Below, one piece after another: positions 1 to 9,429 of a stretch of DNA of 64,000 bases. A model generated the notes under the pieces. The model was not told the DNA's origin and did not search any database. It saw only the letters and a program-made list of their open reading frames with translations. The DNA comes from Elusimicrobiota bacterium (lineage in GTDB: Bacteria; Elusimicrobiota; Elusimicrobia; UBA1565; UBA9628), in NCBI GenBank assembly GCA_016194705.1, contig JACQAZ010000010.1:166-64165 (forward strand), written 5' to 3'. Each line of letters begins with the position of its first letter. The stretch's first letter is position 1. A program made the translations under genes and the position numbers.

Positions 1-132
1 ACCATGGGCTGCATCGATTGCAAAAACAAGAACTACACCTTCCAACGCGGCAAGAAGAAGGAATTCAAGCTGGAGATGAAGAAGTACTGCCGGTGCTGCG
101 GAAAACAGACCAATCACAAGGAAGTCAAGTAG
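1..132 (+). CDS. rpmG: 50S ribosomal protein L33 (5'-truncated by window)
   Basis: Frame 1 reads TMGCIDCKNKNYTFQRGKKKEFKLEMKKYCRCCGKQTNHKEVK*. This matches L33 (CxxC...NY...LEMKKYCxxC...HKE), and it sits in the usual position before tRNA-Trp/secE. Confidence 0.95.
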   Translation, partial: TMGCIDCKNKNYTFQRGKKKEFKLEMKKYCRCCGKQTNHKEVK

Positions 133-152
133 CGTGGGCGGCTCGAATCTTT

Positions 153-228
153 GGGGGTGTCGGTTAATTGGTTAAACCACCAGTCTCCAAAACTGGAACT
201 CCAGGTTCGAGTCCTGGCGCCCCCGCCA
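153..228 (+). tRNA. tRNA-Trp (CCA)
   Basis: Acceptor GGGGGTG/CGCCCCC, D-stem GGTT/AACC, anticodon arm CCAGT-CT-CCA-AA-ACTGG, T-arm CCAGG-TTCGAGT-CCTGG, encoded CCA end; lies between rpmG and secE. Confidence 0.97.
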
Positions 229-258
229 GTTTTTTAGCGGCCTGAGAGCAACCCGAGA

Positions 259-453
259 ATGAACCCCATTGAAACCGTCGTCCAGTTCGTCAAGGAAGCG
301 TATTACGAACTCCGCAAGTCCTCCTGGCTCTCGCGCCGCGAGGCCGCCGACTCCACTAAGGTGGTCGTCCTGATCGTCGCCCTCATGTCGGTCTACGTCG
401 CCGGAATCGATTTCGTCCTCTCCATCCTCATGACGGCTTTACTGGGCAGATAA
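259..453 (+). CDS. secE: Preprotein translocase subunit SecE
   Basis: FVKEAYYELRKSSWLSR motif, single TM helix and GIDF; upstream of nusG. Confidence 0.95.
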   Translation: MNPIETVVQFVKEAYYELRKSSWLSRREAADSTKVVVLIVALMSVYVAGIDFVLSILMTALLGR

Positions 454-454
454 A

Positions 455-1000
455 ATGACCAACACGACACTCGAGCGCGGCTGGTATGTGGTCCACACGC
501 AGTCGGGCTACGAAGACCGCGTCTACAAGAACCTCCTGCAGAAGATCCAGACCGAGCGCCTGCAGGATAAGATCTTCTCCGTCATGATCCCGACCGAGGA
601 CGTCGTCGAGGTCAAGAAGAACAAGAAGAAGATCTCCAAGCGGAAGTTCTTCCCCGGCTACATCCTTCTCGACATGAAGGTCGACGAGCAGACCTACTGG
701 CTCGTCAAGGGCATCGCGGGAGTCTCCGGCTTCCTCGGAGAGCCCCGGCCCACGCCTCTTCCCGAGGAAGAGGTCAAGGGCATCCTCGAGCTGACCAACA
801 CCGCGGCCGAAGGCAAGCCGCGTCCCGCCGTGCAGTTCGAGAAAGGCGAGAACATCCGGATCATCGAGGGCCCCTTCCGCCATTTCGTCGGCATCGTCGA
901 GGAGGTCAACGACGCCAAGGCCAAGATCAAGGCCATGGTCACCATATTCGGCCGCCCCACTCCCGTGGAGTTGGACTTCCTGCAGGTGGAGAAGCTTTAG
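455..1000 (+). CDS. nusG: Transcription termination/antitermination factor NusG
   Basis: WYVVHTQSGYE, FFPGY, KOW motif IIEGPF, IFGRPTPVELDF. Confidence 0.98.
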   Translation: MTNTTLERGWYVVHTQSGYEDRVYKNLLQKIQTERLQDKIFSVMIPTEDVVEVKKNKKKISKRKFFPGYILLDMKVDEQTYWLVKGIAGVSGFLGEPRPTPLPEEEVKGILELTNTAAEGKPRPAVQFEKGENIRIIEGPFRHFVGIVEEVNDAKAKIKAMVTIFGRPTPVELDFLQVEKL

Positions 1001-1005
1001 CCGAA

Positions 1006-1332
1006 ATGAACGCGGTCATGGAAGCCGAAGTGGTCGAGCCCGGTCAAGGCCGCCCGCGGGTGCGCCTGACCCACGTCAAGGCGCTGGGCCTCTTCGGCAC
1101 GGCCCTGGCCGTGCTGACCATGTTCGCGGCCTTCGGCGTCGGCCTCCTGGTGCTTTTCGGCACGACGCTGCTCGCGGCGACCGCCGCATGGCTCTTGTGG
1201 GCGCGTGTTTTCGCGCCCGAGTTCACGCAGTGGGTGTTCGGCACTCCCTACGCCCCTTTTTGGAAGCTTTTCGTCCTGTTTTTGGCAGCGGGCTCGCTCA
1301 TGAAGCTCTTTCGCCCGCTAAGGAAGAGGTAA
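1006..1332 (+). CDS. Hypothetical membrane protein (about 3 TM)
   Basis: Fills the nusG-rplK gap with 5 and 4 nt spacing; hydrophobic helices; codon usage typical of the window. Confidence 0.75.
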   Translation: MNAVMEAEVVEPGQGRPRVRLTHVKALGLFGTALAVLTMFAAFGVGLLVLFGTTLLAATAAWLLWARVFAPEFTQWVFGTPYAPFWKLFVLFLAAGSLMKLFRPLRKR

Positions 1333-1336
1333 CCGC

Positions 1337-1765
1337 ATGGCAAAGAAGGTCAAGACCCAGATCAAGCTTCAGATTCCGGCAGGCGCGGCCAACCCCGCTC
1401 CGCCCGTGGGCCCCGCGCTGGGCCAGCACGGCGTCAACATCATGGACTTCTGCAAGCAGTTCAACGAGCGCACCAAGACCGCGGAGGCGGGAATGACCAT
1501 TCCCGTCGTCATCACGGTCTTCGAGGACCGCTCGTTTAACTTCATCACGAAGATGCCTCCGGTGTCCTCGCTCTTGAAGCGCGCGGCCGGCCTGGCCAAG
1601 GCCTCGGGCGAGCCCAACCGCAACAAGGTCGGCAAGATCACGCTCAAGCAGGCCGAGGCCATCGCTCAGCAGAAGATGCCCGACCTCAACACCAAGGATC
1701 TCAAAGCAGCCGTCGAAATGGTCAAGGGAACGGCCCGCTCGATGGGCATCGACGTCGTTCAGTAA
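1337..1765 (+). CDS. rplK: 50S ribosomal protein L11
   Basis: [35 protein letters not shown]...GTARSMG. Confidence 0.99.
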   Translation: MAKKVKTQIKLQIPAGAANPAPPVGPALGQHGVNIMDFCKQFNERTKTAEAGMTIPVVITVFEDRSFNFITKMPPVSSLLKRAAGLAKASGEPNRNKVGKITLKQAEAIAQQKMPDLNTKDLKAAVEMVKGTARSMGIDVVQ

Positions 1766-1823
1766 AAATAAAAAAGTAGACCGAGCTCCAACAGGGGCGT
1801 TCGAAGGTCACGGAGGCAGTGAA

Positions 1824-2507
1824 ATGGGAAAGAGACTCGCCGCATTAGAGAAGCAGTTGGACGCCGCCAAGCTGTACCCCCTCGAGGAAGCCGCCGCACT
1901 CGTCAAGAAATGCGCCACCGCCAAGTTCGACGAGACCGTCGAGCTGCACGTGCGCCTGGGCGTCGACCCCAAGCAGGCCGACCAGCAGGTCCGCGGCACC
2001 GTGAGCCTGCCTCACGGCTTGGGCAAGTCGAAGAAGGTCGCCGTCGTCACGCGAGGCGAGAAGCAGAAGGACGCGACCAACGCCGGAGCCGATCTCGTCG
2101 GCGGCGACGACTTGATTGAGCAGATCAGCAAGGGCATGCTCGACTTCGACGTCCTGGTCGCGACGCCCGACTTGATGAAAGACCTCTCCAAGCTCGGCAA
2201 GGTGCTGGGCCCCAAGGGCCTCATGCCCAACCCCAAGAGCGGCACGGTGACCATGGACGTCGCCAAGACCGTCAAGGAGCTCAAGGCGGGCCGCGTCGAG
2301 TACAAGGTCGACGACTACGGCATCATCCACGTCCCGGTGGGCAAGGCCTCCTTCGAGCCCGCCAAGATCGCGGGCAACGCGCGCACCGTCCTCGAGGCGC
2401 TGCTCAAGGCCAAGCCCTCGGCCTCCAAGGGAGTCTACATGATGAGCGTGACGCTCTGCTCGAGCATGGGCCCCGGCGTCAAGCTCGATCCCAGCCAGAA
2501 GTTCTAG
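1824..2507 (+). CDS. rplA: 50S ribosomal protein L1
   Basis: [50 protein letters not shown]. Confidence 0.99.
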   Translation: MGKRLAALEKQLDAAKLYPLEEAAALVKKCATAKFDETVELHVRLGVDPKQADQQVRGTVSLPHGLGKSKKVAVVTRGEKQKDATNAGADLVGGDDLIEQISKGMLDFDVLVATPDLMKDLSKLGKVLGPKGLMPNPKSGTVTMDVAKTVKELKAGRVEYKVDDYGIIHVPVGKASFEPAKIAGNARTVLEALLKAKPSASKGVYMMSVTLCSSMGPGVKLDPSQKF

Positions 2508-2522
2508 CGCCGTTCTCCACAA

Positions 2523-2560
2523 AAAGAAAGGACCCTCCGTCGCCGGAGGGTCCTTTCTTT
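2523..2560. terminator. Bidirectional intrinsic terminator
   Basis: AAAGAAAGGACCCTCCG-TCGC-CGGAGGGTCCTTTCTTT is a perfect inverted repeat with T-rich tails on both strands, between convergent genes. Confidence 0.9.
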
Positions 2561-2578
2561 GCTAACGCCCCTCAATCG

Positions 2579-3385
2579 TCAGGGACCGTTCAGGGCGACC
2601 AAGGTCCGATTGTCGTCCATCGCGTGGGCCGTGATCCTGTATTTGTCGTCGGTCGCCGTGATCTGGACGCCGGTCTTCGGATCGAACAGGTTGGACATGT
2701 TCCTCATGAACGCCCGCGGTTGAGCGCTCAATGGGGCCAGGGCGAAGAAGTTGTCGGTATAACGGCCATTCTGAAGGCGGTAGATGGTCTCCAGCTGGCC
2801 GAGCTCCTTCATGCCGACCTGGGCGTAGGCCACGTTCATGAGCCTGTGGTAGCGCGGGGAGGCAACGTTGTTCCAATACCAGAGGCCCGCCACCAAGGAA
2901 AGGCAGGCGAAGGCCGCCGCCCGCGTCAAGGCGCGCGCCGCAGCCGCCTTGGGGTGCTCCTCGATGACGACCGAGCCGACCACCATGTCGTGCCAGCATT
3001 GCCGGGCCGGGTTGAACAAAGACCATAGGAACCCGATGTCGAGGATCGAGCTCAACAGGTAGCTCGCCGAGCGCATGCCCGACTGGCCGAGGCTCAGCGG
3101 ATGCCCGTCCATGTCGACGACGCGCAGGCCCAACAGACGCTTGCCCAAGGATGACCTGCCCTCGCCCGAGAAATAGGCCTGGTAGAGCAGGAACAGAAAG
3201 GTCCACAAGGCGGTCCATTCGGCCTGGTGCGCACTCGACAAGACCGAGTCGTGCCTGAAGATGAGCGCATGGGAGAAGATGTAGCCCGCCACGGCCAGCG
3301 AGAGGTCCACGGAAAAGGCGACCACGCGCTCGCTGAACGACGCCAAATTCAACTCCTTCCACTGCCGCTGATTCTCGGATTCCAT
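2579..3385 (-). CDS. RDD-family membrane protein with C-terminal pilin-like extracytoplasmic domain
   Basis: RDD motifs ASFSERVVAFSVD, SLGKRLLGLRVV and RQCWHDMVVGSVV; then a TM helix and AQVGMKELGQLETIYRLQNGRYT..L, resembling the type IV pilin alpha1-C segment; AGGAG RBS. Confidence 0.8.
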   Translation of the reverse strand: MESENQRQWKELNLASFSERVVAFSVDLSLAVAGYIFSHALIFRHDSVLSSAHQAEWTALWTFLFLLYQAYFSGEGRSSLGKRLLGLRVVDMDGHPLSLGQSGMRSASYLLSSILDIGFLWSLFNPARQCWHDMVVGSVVIEEHPKAAAARALTRAAAFACLSLVAGLWYWNNVASPRYHRLMNVAYAQVGMKELGQLETIYRLQNGRYTDNFFALAPLSAQPRAFMRNMSNLFDPKTGVQITATDDKYRITAHAMDDNRTLVALNGP

Positions 3386-3410
3386 AGAGATTCTCCTCCC
3401 AAAGTCCGGT

Positions 3411-5696
3411 TCAAATAGGCTTAAGCCCCAGAACGTCCACGCATTTCTTATCCGTCCACTCCTTCTCTTGGGCCGCAGTGATCTTCCCGGCCTTCCGGAA
3501 CCCCTGAAGCTCGGTGCACCGTTTCTTGAGTAGTGTGGCCGTTCTGAAATCCGTCTCGGGCTTGACTACGGTCGGAGCCGGCATCTCGTAGGTCTCGTGG
3601 TGGTAGTCCTTGAGATAATAAGCCATCAATCTCCCCACGCAGTTGTCCACGTCCTCGCCGTGCCCTTTTCGGACCTGGCTCGGATAGCACCACCCGAATT
3701 TCTTCTGGAAGGTCCCGGTCACCTCGTCGGCGTTCTTGCCGGCCTCCTTCTCGGGCCAGTATGCGTCGAAATAGCTCTTGACGACGCCCGCGTTGACGTC
3801 CTTGATCCACTGGTCGTCGACCTTGACCGCGCCGGGCAGCCCGGCTTGAGCTCTGATCGCCTGTTTGGCGAGCGCCGCCTTTTCACCGGTGCGGCCATCC
3901 TCCGCGAACTTGGTCCGCAGCTGGCCGATCCTGATGTAGGTCTGGGTCTTCAGCGCCTGTTTCTCGTCCTGTTCGATCTTGTCGAGGTCCGCGGCCAGGT
4001 CCTCGCCCTGCTTCTCCTCGCTGCCCAAGCGATCCTGCTCCTTGGCATACCAGGCGTTGGCCTCGTCGATCGCGGCCTTTCTCTGACGGCGGATTTGCTT
4101 GACGTCTTCGCGCTGCTCGTAGGCCTGCGGGCTCTCGAAGCTCTCGCGCCTGGGCAGGGGGTATTCATTTTCGACCGCGGTCAACTTATCGCCATACTGC
4201 TTCTCGACGGCGCGGCGTTCCGCGCTTTGCTTGGCGTCTGTCGAGCGTCTGGCGTCCTGCTTCTCTTTGATCGCGTCCGCAAGGGTCTGGCCCTTGCCGC
4301 AACCCGACTGAAGGCCCGTGATCGGCGAGGGGCCCACGAACGGTCCCAGGGGCGCGGTCTTGTCCGTTTCGAGGGTCTTCGGGTCCCCCTCCTTGGGGGC
4401 TCCCACTCCCTTGAAGGCGAGGCCCAAGGCCTTGAGCTGGGCCGCGGTGGCGCCGTCGTTGATGAAAGTCTCCGCGACCTTGCTCCCCTGGGCCGCCAGA
4501 TCTTCGGCTTTCGAGTCGGCCTTGACCTCAGGAAGAGTATGCACGCCGATCACCGCGGTTTTTCCCTGCCCATCGGTGACCTTATAGCCTATCTGCTTGC
4601 CGCCCTTGCCGATGTCCACGACCTCGCCGGTGGCGCCCTCGGGCATCCGCTCGGCCATTTTGTCGCCGAAGGCCTTCTTGTACGCCTCGAGATTCATATC
4701 CTTGACCTTGGCGGCCCTCTCGCCCTCCATCTTCGCGAGCCCCTCGAGATGCGACTTGAGTCCGTCTGGAGTCTTGTCCACCGTCAACGCGGCGACGCCG
4801 GTCATCTGCTTGAAGACATTCTCCATGTAGGATTCGTAATGGCTCAGCAGGTCATGCGTCTCCTTGTCGTAGTAGGCGATGGGGCCGCCTTTGAGCGGTT
4901 TGCACTCGGCATCCACCATCCCGACGCTGCACCAGTGATGAGTGATCCCGGTCATCCTTGAATTGATCTCGTTCCAGTCCGCGGAGTCCGCGGGGATCGG
5001 CTTGTCCGGAGGCGTCATCGCTCCCGCGAACTGCGGCTGGAGCTTGACCAGAATGCCGCGCAGCTTCTCGGTCTCCTGCAGATAGGCGACGATCTTCTTG
5101 CCGGGGCGCACCTGCTTGGCGTCCTTGCCCTGTCCATCGGGGCCCTGAGCGATTTCGGAGACCGCCGTGGCCTGATCGCCCGCGGAGAGGCCGGACACGA
5201 GCAGGCCGTCCTTGACCAAGGTCTCCTTCTTCGGAAACTGAACGTCGGTGACTGTGGCGACATCTCCCTTGGCGCCCTGGGCGTTGGGCTTGACCGAGGC
5301 GGCGGCCGAGCCGGCCGCAGGGACCGCGATCCCGAGGCTCTCCGCCGACTTGAGGACGTCCTCGGCCTTGCCCAGCACGGCGTCGACTTCGGAGTCGATC
5401 AAGAAAAACATATCATCGACCGTCTTGATGAGCTTGACGCGATCCTCGGGCTTTCCCGCGTCCCACTGCGCCTTGAGCTTTTTGTCCTTGTCGATCAGAC
5501 TCCAGACGTCTTGATTGCAGAGCGGGGTGCCGCCCTGGCCGGCCCGGTCGGCGACGCCCTTTGCGAGCAGATCGGCATTGCAGCGGTGGGCGGTCGCGCC
5601 GCGGTCGGGTATCGCCGAGCCCGCCTTGACGATCGCAAGAGCCGGAAGAGCCGCAAGTCCGGCCAGCGCCAGCAGACAGAGGGTCAATCGCTTCAT
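3411..5696 (-). CDS. Large secreted hypothetical protein (761 aa, coiled-coil rich)
   Basis: Start reassigned to ATG 5696 (GGAGGT RBS at 5701-5706); signal peptide MKRLTLCLLALAGLAALPALA; K/E/Q-rich helical segments and scattered Cys. Confidence 0.8.
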   Translation of the reverse strand: MKRLTLCLLALAGLAALPALAIVKAGSAIPDRGATAHRCNADLLAKGVADRAGQGGTPLCNQDVWSLIDKDKKLKAQWDAGKPEDRVKLIKTVDDMFFLIDSEVDAVLGKAEDVLKSAESLGIAVPAAGSAAASVKPNAQGAKGDVATVTDVQFPKKETLVKDGLLVSGLSAGDQATAVSEIAQGPDGQGKDAKQVRPGKKIVAYLQETEKLRGILVKLQPQFAGAMTPPDKPIPADSADWNEINSRMTGITHHWCSVGMVDAECKPLKGGPIAYYDKETHDLLSHYESYMENVFKQMTGVAALTVDKTPDGLKSHLEGLAKMEGERAAKVKDMNLEAYKKAFGDKMAERMPEGATGEVVDIGKGGKQIGYKVTDGQGKTAVIGVHTLPEVKADSKAEDLAAQGSKVAETFINDGATAAQLKALGLAFKGVGAPKEGDPKTLETDKTAPLGPFVGPSPITGLQSGCGKGQTLADAIKEKQDARRSTDAKQSAERRAVEKQYGDKLTAVENEYPLPRRESFESPQAYEQREDVKQIRRQRKAAIDEANAWYAKEQDRLGSEEKQGEDLAADLDKIEQDEKQALKTQTYIRIGQLRTKFAEDGRTGEKAALAKQAIRAQAGLPGAVKVDDQWIKDVNAGVVKSYFDAYWPEKEAGKNADEVTGTFQKKFGWCYPSQVRKGHGEDVDNCVGRLMAYYLKDYHHETYEMPAPTVVKPETDFRTATLLKKRCTELQGFRKAGKITAAQEKEWTDKKCVDVLGLKPI

Positions 5697-5799
5697 GGCT
5701 ACCTCCAAAAGCGAACGGCGCGCGGATTTTCCTCGTCCCGAGGAAGATGCCGACGCGCCGTGAAAGGCCTCGGGACAACTCTGGGGTCGGCCTAGGTCC

Positions 5800-5828
5800 A
5801 GTGTAGACCCGGGGCCTTGATTTGTCAA
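5800..5828 (-). promoter_or_regulatory. Sigma70-type promoter for the 761-aa gene
   Basis: Minus strand reads TTGACA-N17-TACACT. Confidence 0.7.
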
Positions 5829-5858
5829 GACCTGGTCAAGGGGACGGGTGGGAAGCGG

Positions 5859-6998
5859 CTATTCCTCGTCCGGCTCGGCCCGACGGGGAGGACGGCCCGA
5901 GGCCTCCCAGGAAAGATACGCGGAGATCAAGGCGTCGAGGTCTCCGTCCATGACGGACTGGATCTGCGAGGTCTGATGGCCGGTGCGCAGGTCCTTGACC
6001 ATCTGGTAGGGCATGAAGACGTAGGACCGAATCTGGTGGCCCCAAGCGATGTCTCCCATGGCGTCGTAGTGCTTTTCCATCGCCGAACGCTTCTTGTCGA
6101 GCTCGATCTGATAGAGCTTGGCCTTGAGCATCTTCATCGCGTTGAGGCGGTTGGCGAGTTGGCTGCGCTCGGTCTGGCAGGCCACCACGAGTCCGCTGGC
6201 CTTGTGGATCAGGCGCACGGCGGTTTCCACCTTGTTGACGTTCTGCCCGCCGTGGCCGCCCGCGCGAAAGGTCTCGAGCGTGACGTCGGAATCCGAGACC
6301 TGGATGTCGATGGTGTCCTCGATGTCGGGCACGACGTCGGCCGAGGCAAACGAGGTGTGGCGCCGCTTGTTGGCGTCGAAAGGCGAGATGCGCACCAGGC
6401 GATGCACGCCGGTCTCTCCTTTAAGGAAGCCGTAGGCGTTGGTCCCGCGGACGAAAGCCGAGAGGCTCTTGATGCCCGCTCCTTCGCCCTTGAGCAGGTC
6501 GGTCACGACGACCTCGAAGCCGTGACTTTGCGCCCAGCGCGTCCACATGCGCCAGAGCATCTCGGCCCAGTCGCAGGCCTCGGTGCCTCCCGCTCCCGCG
6601 TGCAGGCTGATGATCGCGTCGCTCGCGTCGAACTGGCCCGAGAGCTTGAGGCTCGAGTCGAGCTCGGACAGGAGCCTCTGCTCTTCCGCGAGGCTCTTCT
6701 CGACTTCCTTGAGCTCCCCCCGGTCGCGGGCCTCGTGGGCGAGCTCGAAGTGCGCGGAGAGATCGTCGAGGTTTTTCTTGGCCTTCTGCCAGACGCCGAG
6801 CACCTTTTTGAGGTCGTTGAGCTCCTTCGACTTTTTCTTGGCCGCGGCGGAATCGGCCCAAAAGGCGGGCTGAGCGGCTTCAGCCTCGCGCGCGGCGATG
6901 TCTTTCGCGCGCTTGGAGACGTCGAGGAGCCGGCTCAGGCGCTCCAGGAAGTCCTTGGACTCCCGCAGCTTGGTCTCGATGTCGTTGAACTCGGCCAT
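5859..6998 (-). CDS. prfB: Peptide chain release factor 2 (continuous ORF)
   Basis: SPF tripeptide (RISPFD), GGQ ([11 protein letters not shown]), WGHQIRSYV. Confidence 0.97.
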   Translation of the reverse strand: MAEFNDIETKLRESKDFLERLSRLLDVSKRAKDIAAREAEAAQPAFWADSAAAKKKSKELNDLKKVLGVWQKAKKNLDDLSAHFELAHEARDRGELKEVEKSLAEEQRLLSELDSSLKLSGQFDASDAIISLHAGAGGTEACDWAEMLWRMWTRWAQSHGFEVVVTDLLKGEGAGIKSLSAFVRGTNAYGFLKGETGVHRLVRISPFDANKRRHTSFASADVVPDIEDTIDIQVSDSDVTLETFRAGGHGGQNVNKVETAVRLIHKASGLVVACQTERSQLANRLNAMKMLKAKLYQIELDKKRSAMEKHYDAMGDIAWGHQIRSYVFMPYQMVKDLRTGHQTSQIQSVMDGDLDALISAYLSWEASGRPPRRAEPDEE

Positions 6999-7007
6999 TT
7001 GCCTATT

Positions 7008-7889
7008 TTATGAAATTTGCGCGAAGGTCCGGAGGGTCTGGGCGTGCAGCGCCGCAGTATCCTTTATACATGCTGCGTAGCCGCCCCCCAAGACAACCGC
7101 GGCGGCTACGCTCCTTGCGCGGCACGCTTCGAAAACGAGCTTGTCGCGCCGCGCAAGGCCGTCTACAGTGAGCTTCAGTCCCCCGAGCACGTCATGTTCA
7201 TAACAGTCGACGCCCGCTTGATAAACGACAAGTTCAGGATTATGCTCGAAGACTTTATCGATATTCTCTTCCAGCAGGCTCAAGAAAGCCGTGTCGCCAG
7301 TCCCCGCTCTAAGTCCCACGTCCAAGGAGCTCTTTTCCTTTCTTTCGGGATAGATGTCTTCCTGGTGCATCGAGAAGGTGAAGACGTCCTTGTCGCCCGT
7401 GAAGATGGCGGCCGTGCCGTTGCCTTGGTGCACGTCGAGGTCGATGACGGCGGCTCTCTTGATCTTGCCGTCGGCCTTCATCCTCAAGATGCCGCAGGCG
7501 ATATCATTGAGGACACAAAAACCTTCTCCGTGGTTCCTGAAGGCGTGGTGGGAACCGCCTCCGATGTGCAGGCCGACGCCGTGCTCCAGGGCGTGGCGGC
7601 AGGCGAGGATGGTCCCGGAGACGGAGATCTGATGCGCCCCCGAGATCTCGGGTGAGAACGGGAGTTCCATGAGAGTCTCGTCGTCCAAGCTCATCTTGCC
7701 GGACAAGACCTTGTCGATCCAATCGGCGTCGTGGGCGAGCAGCAGGTCCTCCTTGGTCGGCAATGAGGGCTCGATGAGCTCGCCCTCGGTCCCCATGCTC
7801 TCGGCGACGAGGCCGAACTTGCGCGTGGGAAAAACATGATCCCCGATGTCGATGACGTACTTCGGGGAATAGACGAAGCTAGGCGGCAC
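7008..7889 (-). CDS. Histone deacetylase/AcuC-family deacetylase
   Basis: HVFP..KF, GGSHHA, GFC..ND, DLDVHQGNGT, QAGVD, GGGY. Confidence 0.92.
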   Translation of the reverse strand: MPPSFVYSPKYVIDIGDHVFPTRKFGLVAESMGTEGELIEPSLPTKEDLLLAHDADWIDKVLSGKMSLDDETLMELPFSPEISGAHQISVSGTILACRHALEHGVGLHIGGGSHHAFRNHGEGFCVLNDIACGILRMKADGKIKRAAVIDLDVHQGNGTAAIFTGDKDVFTFSMHQEDIYPERKEKSSLDVGLRAGTGDTAFLSLLEENIDKVFEHNPELVVYQAGVDCYEHDVLGGLKLTVDGLARRDKLVFEACRARSVAAAVVLGGGYAACIKDTAALHAQTLRTFAQIS

Positions 7890-9429
7890 GGGGTCTGCGC
7901 CAGAACGCGAAGCCGGCCCAAAAAGCGGTGACCCACAAGACCATGGTGCCGAACCAGTCGCCGTGGCGCGCGTAGAAAGAACGGCGCGGGAAGAAATCCT
8001 CCGCCGCGACCGCCGCGTCCAGGCGCCCGCGCACGCCCAGATCGAGCTTGGCCGTGATGACGCCCCACGGGTCGATGACCGCCGAGATCCCCGTGTTGCC
8101 GGAGCGGATCACCGTGACGCGGTTCTCGACGGCGCGGTAGACGTTGGACTGGAAATGCTGATAAGGCCCCCAGGTGTCCTTGTACCAGCCGTCGTTGGTC
8201 ACGTTGGCCAGGATGCGCGCTCCGCGCGAGGCGTCTCGCTGCGCCCAGCGCGGGAACATCGCCTCATAGCAGATGGTGACGGCCATGGGCCCCAAAGGCG
8301 TCTCCATGAGAGGCTGGCGCGGCTCGCCCTTGGTCAAATCTCCCATCAAGGAAAGGACCGAGATGTAGCGCTCGAGGAAGCGCAGCGGCACGTACTCGCC
8401 GAAGGGGACGAGCTCCCTCTTGTGGTAGACGCCCCTGAGCTTGGCGTCCGGGCCGATCAGGAAGGCCGAGTTGTAGTTGTGGGTCCTGTCGGTCGAGACC
8501 ACCCCCACGAGCTGGTACGAGCCCAGCTTCCGGCTCCAAGTCGCGGCCTCCGCCACCGGCTGACCCTCATCGACCCATTCGGGCAGGGCCGATTCCGGCC
8601 AGACCACCAGAGAGGGGTTCTCGGGACGCGGCCGGGACAGAAGCTCGATGAAATTGCCGCGGATGCGCTCGACGAAGTTCTCATCGAATTTTTGGTATTG
8701 GTCGACGTCTGGCTGCAGGATCTCCACGCGCGCCGCGGACCCCGCGGGTGGACGCGAAACCAGGCACCACTCCCCGTACATCCAGGCGCCGGCGATCAGC
8801 GCCGCCACCGCGGCGAGGTTGGCGGCCGCGGCGCCGCTCGGCTCCCCGTCGTCAAGTTCGAGCCAAGCCGCCGCGACGCACGCATTGGCTGCGGCAACGA
8901 GCCAGCCCAAGCCGTGCGGGCCGAAAATGGAACCGATCTGCAGGAGACTTAGATAGCGCCATTGGGAGTAGGCCGGCAGATCGCCGGCGAGCCTCGGCGT
9001 CCAGCGTTCGGCGGCGACTGACACGGCAGTCCACGCGAGCGCCCACGCCCAGGGCCTGAGCGCCCGCGGGGACCTGGCGCAAAGCCATCCGCTGGCCGCG
9101 GCCGCGGCCGCCCACTCCAGGGCGAGGAAGCCGGCCAGGACGGCCCAGACGGCGGCCGCCGAGGCGACCTGCACGGCCGGGGAGGCCCAGGGCCCGGGAA
9201 CGTGGGCGAACCGGCAGGTGTTGTAGATCCAGTAGACGACCAGGCCGTGAAAGGCGAACCCCGCGGCGAAGCCCAAGCCCGCGCAGTCCCGGGGCGTGCG
9301 CTTGAAACACAGGCCGGCCAACGGAGCCAAGGCCACCCAACCCAGGGGGCATAGGCCGGCGCGTGGCCAGCACAGCCCTATCATCACCCCGGACAACAGG
9401 GCGATGCCGAGGCTCCTTAGCCGTGGCAT
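7879..9429 (-). CDS. lnt: Apolipoprotein N-acyltransferase
   Basis: Multi-TM N-terminus plus nitrilase triad motifs VVWPES, YHKRELVPFGEYVP, ICYE and TNDGW; start ATG 9429 overlaps the end of secA. Confidence 0.93.
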   Translation of the reverse strand: MPRLRSLGIALLSGVMIGLCWPRAGLCPLGWVALAPLAGLCFKRTPRDCAGLGFAAGFAFHGLVVYWIYNTCRFAHVPGPWASPAVQVASAAAVWAVLAGFLALEWAAAAAASGWLCARSPRALRPWAWALAWTAVSVAAERWTPRLAGDLPAYSQWRYLSLLQIGSIFGPHGLGWLVAAANACVAAAWLELDDGEPSGAAAANLAAVAALIAGAWMYGEWCLVSRPPAGSAARVEILQPDVDQYQKFDENFVERIRGNFIELLSRPRPENPSLVVWPESALPEWVDEGQPVAEAATWSRKLGSYQLVGVVSTDRTHNYNSAFLIGPDAKLRGVYHKRELVPFGEYVPLRFLERYISVLSLMGDLTKGEPRQPLMETPLGPMAVTICYEAMFPRWAQRDASRGARILANVTNDGWYKDTWGPYQHFQSNVYRAVENRVTVIRSGNTGISAVIDPWGVITAKLDLGVRGRLDAAVAAEDFFPRRSFYARHGDWFGTMVLWVTAFWAGFAFWRRPRAA

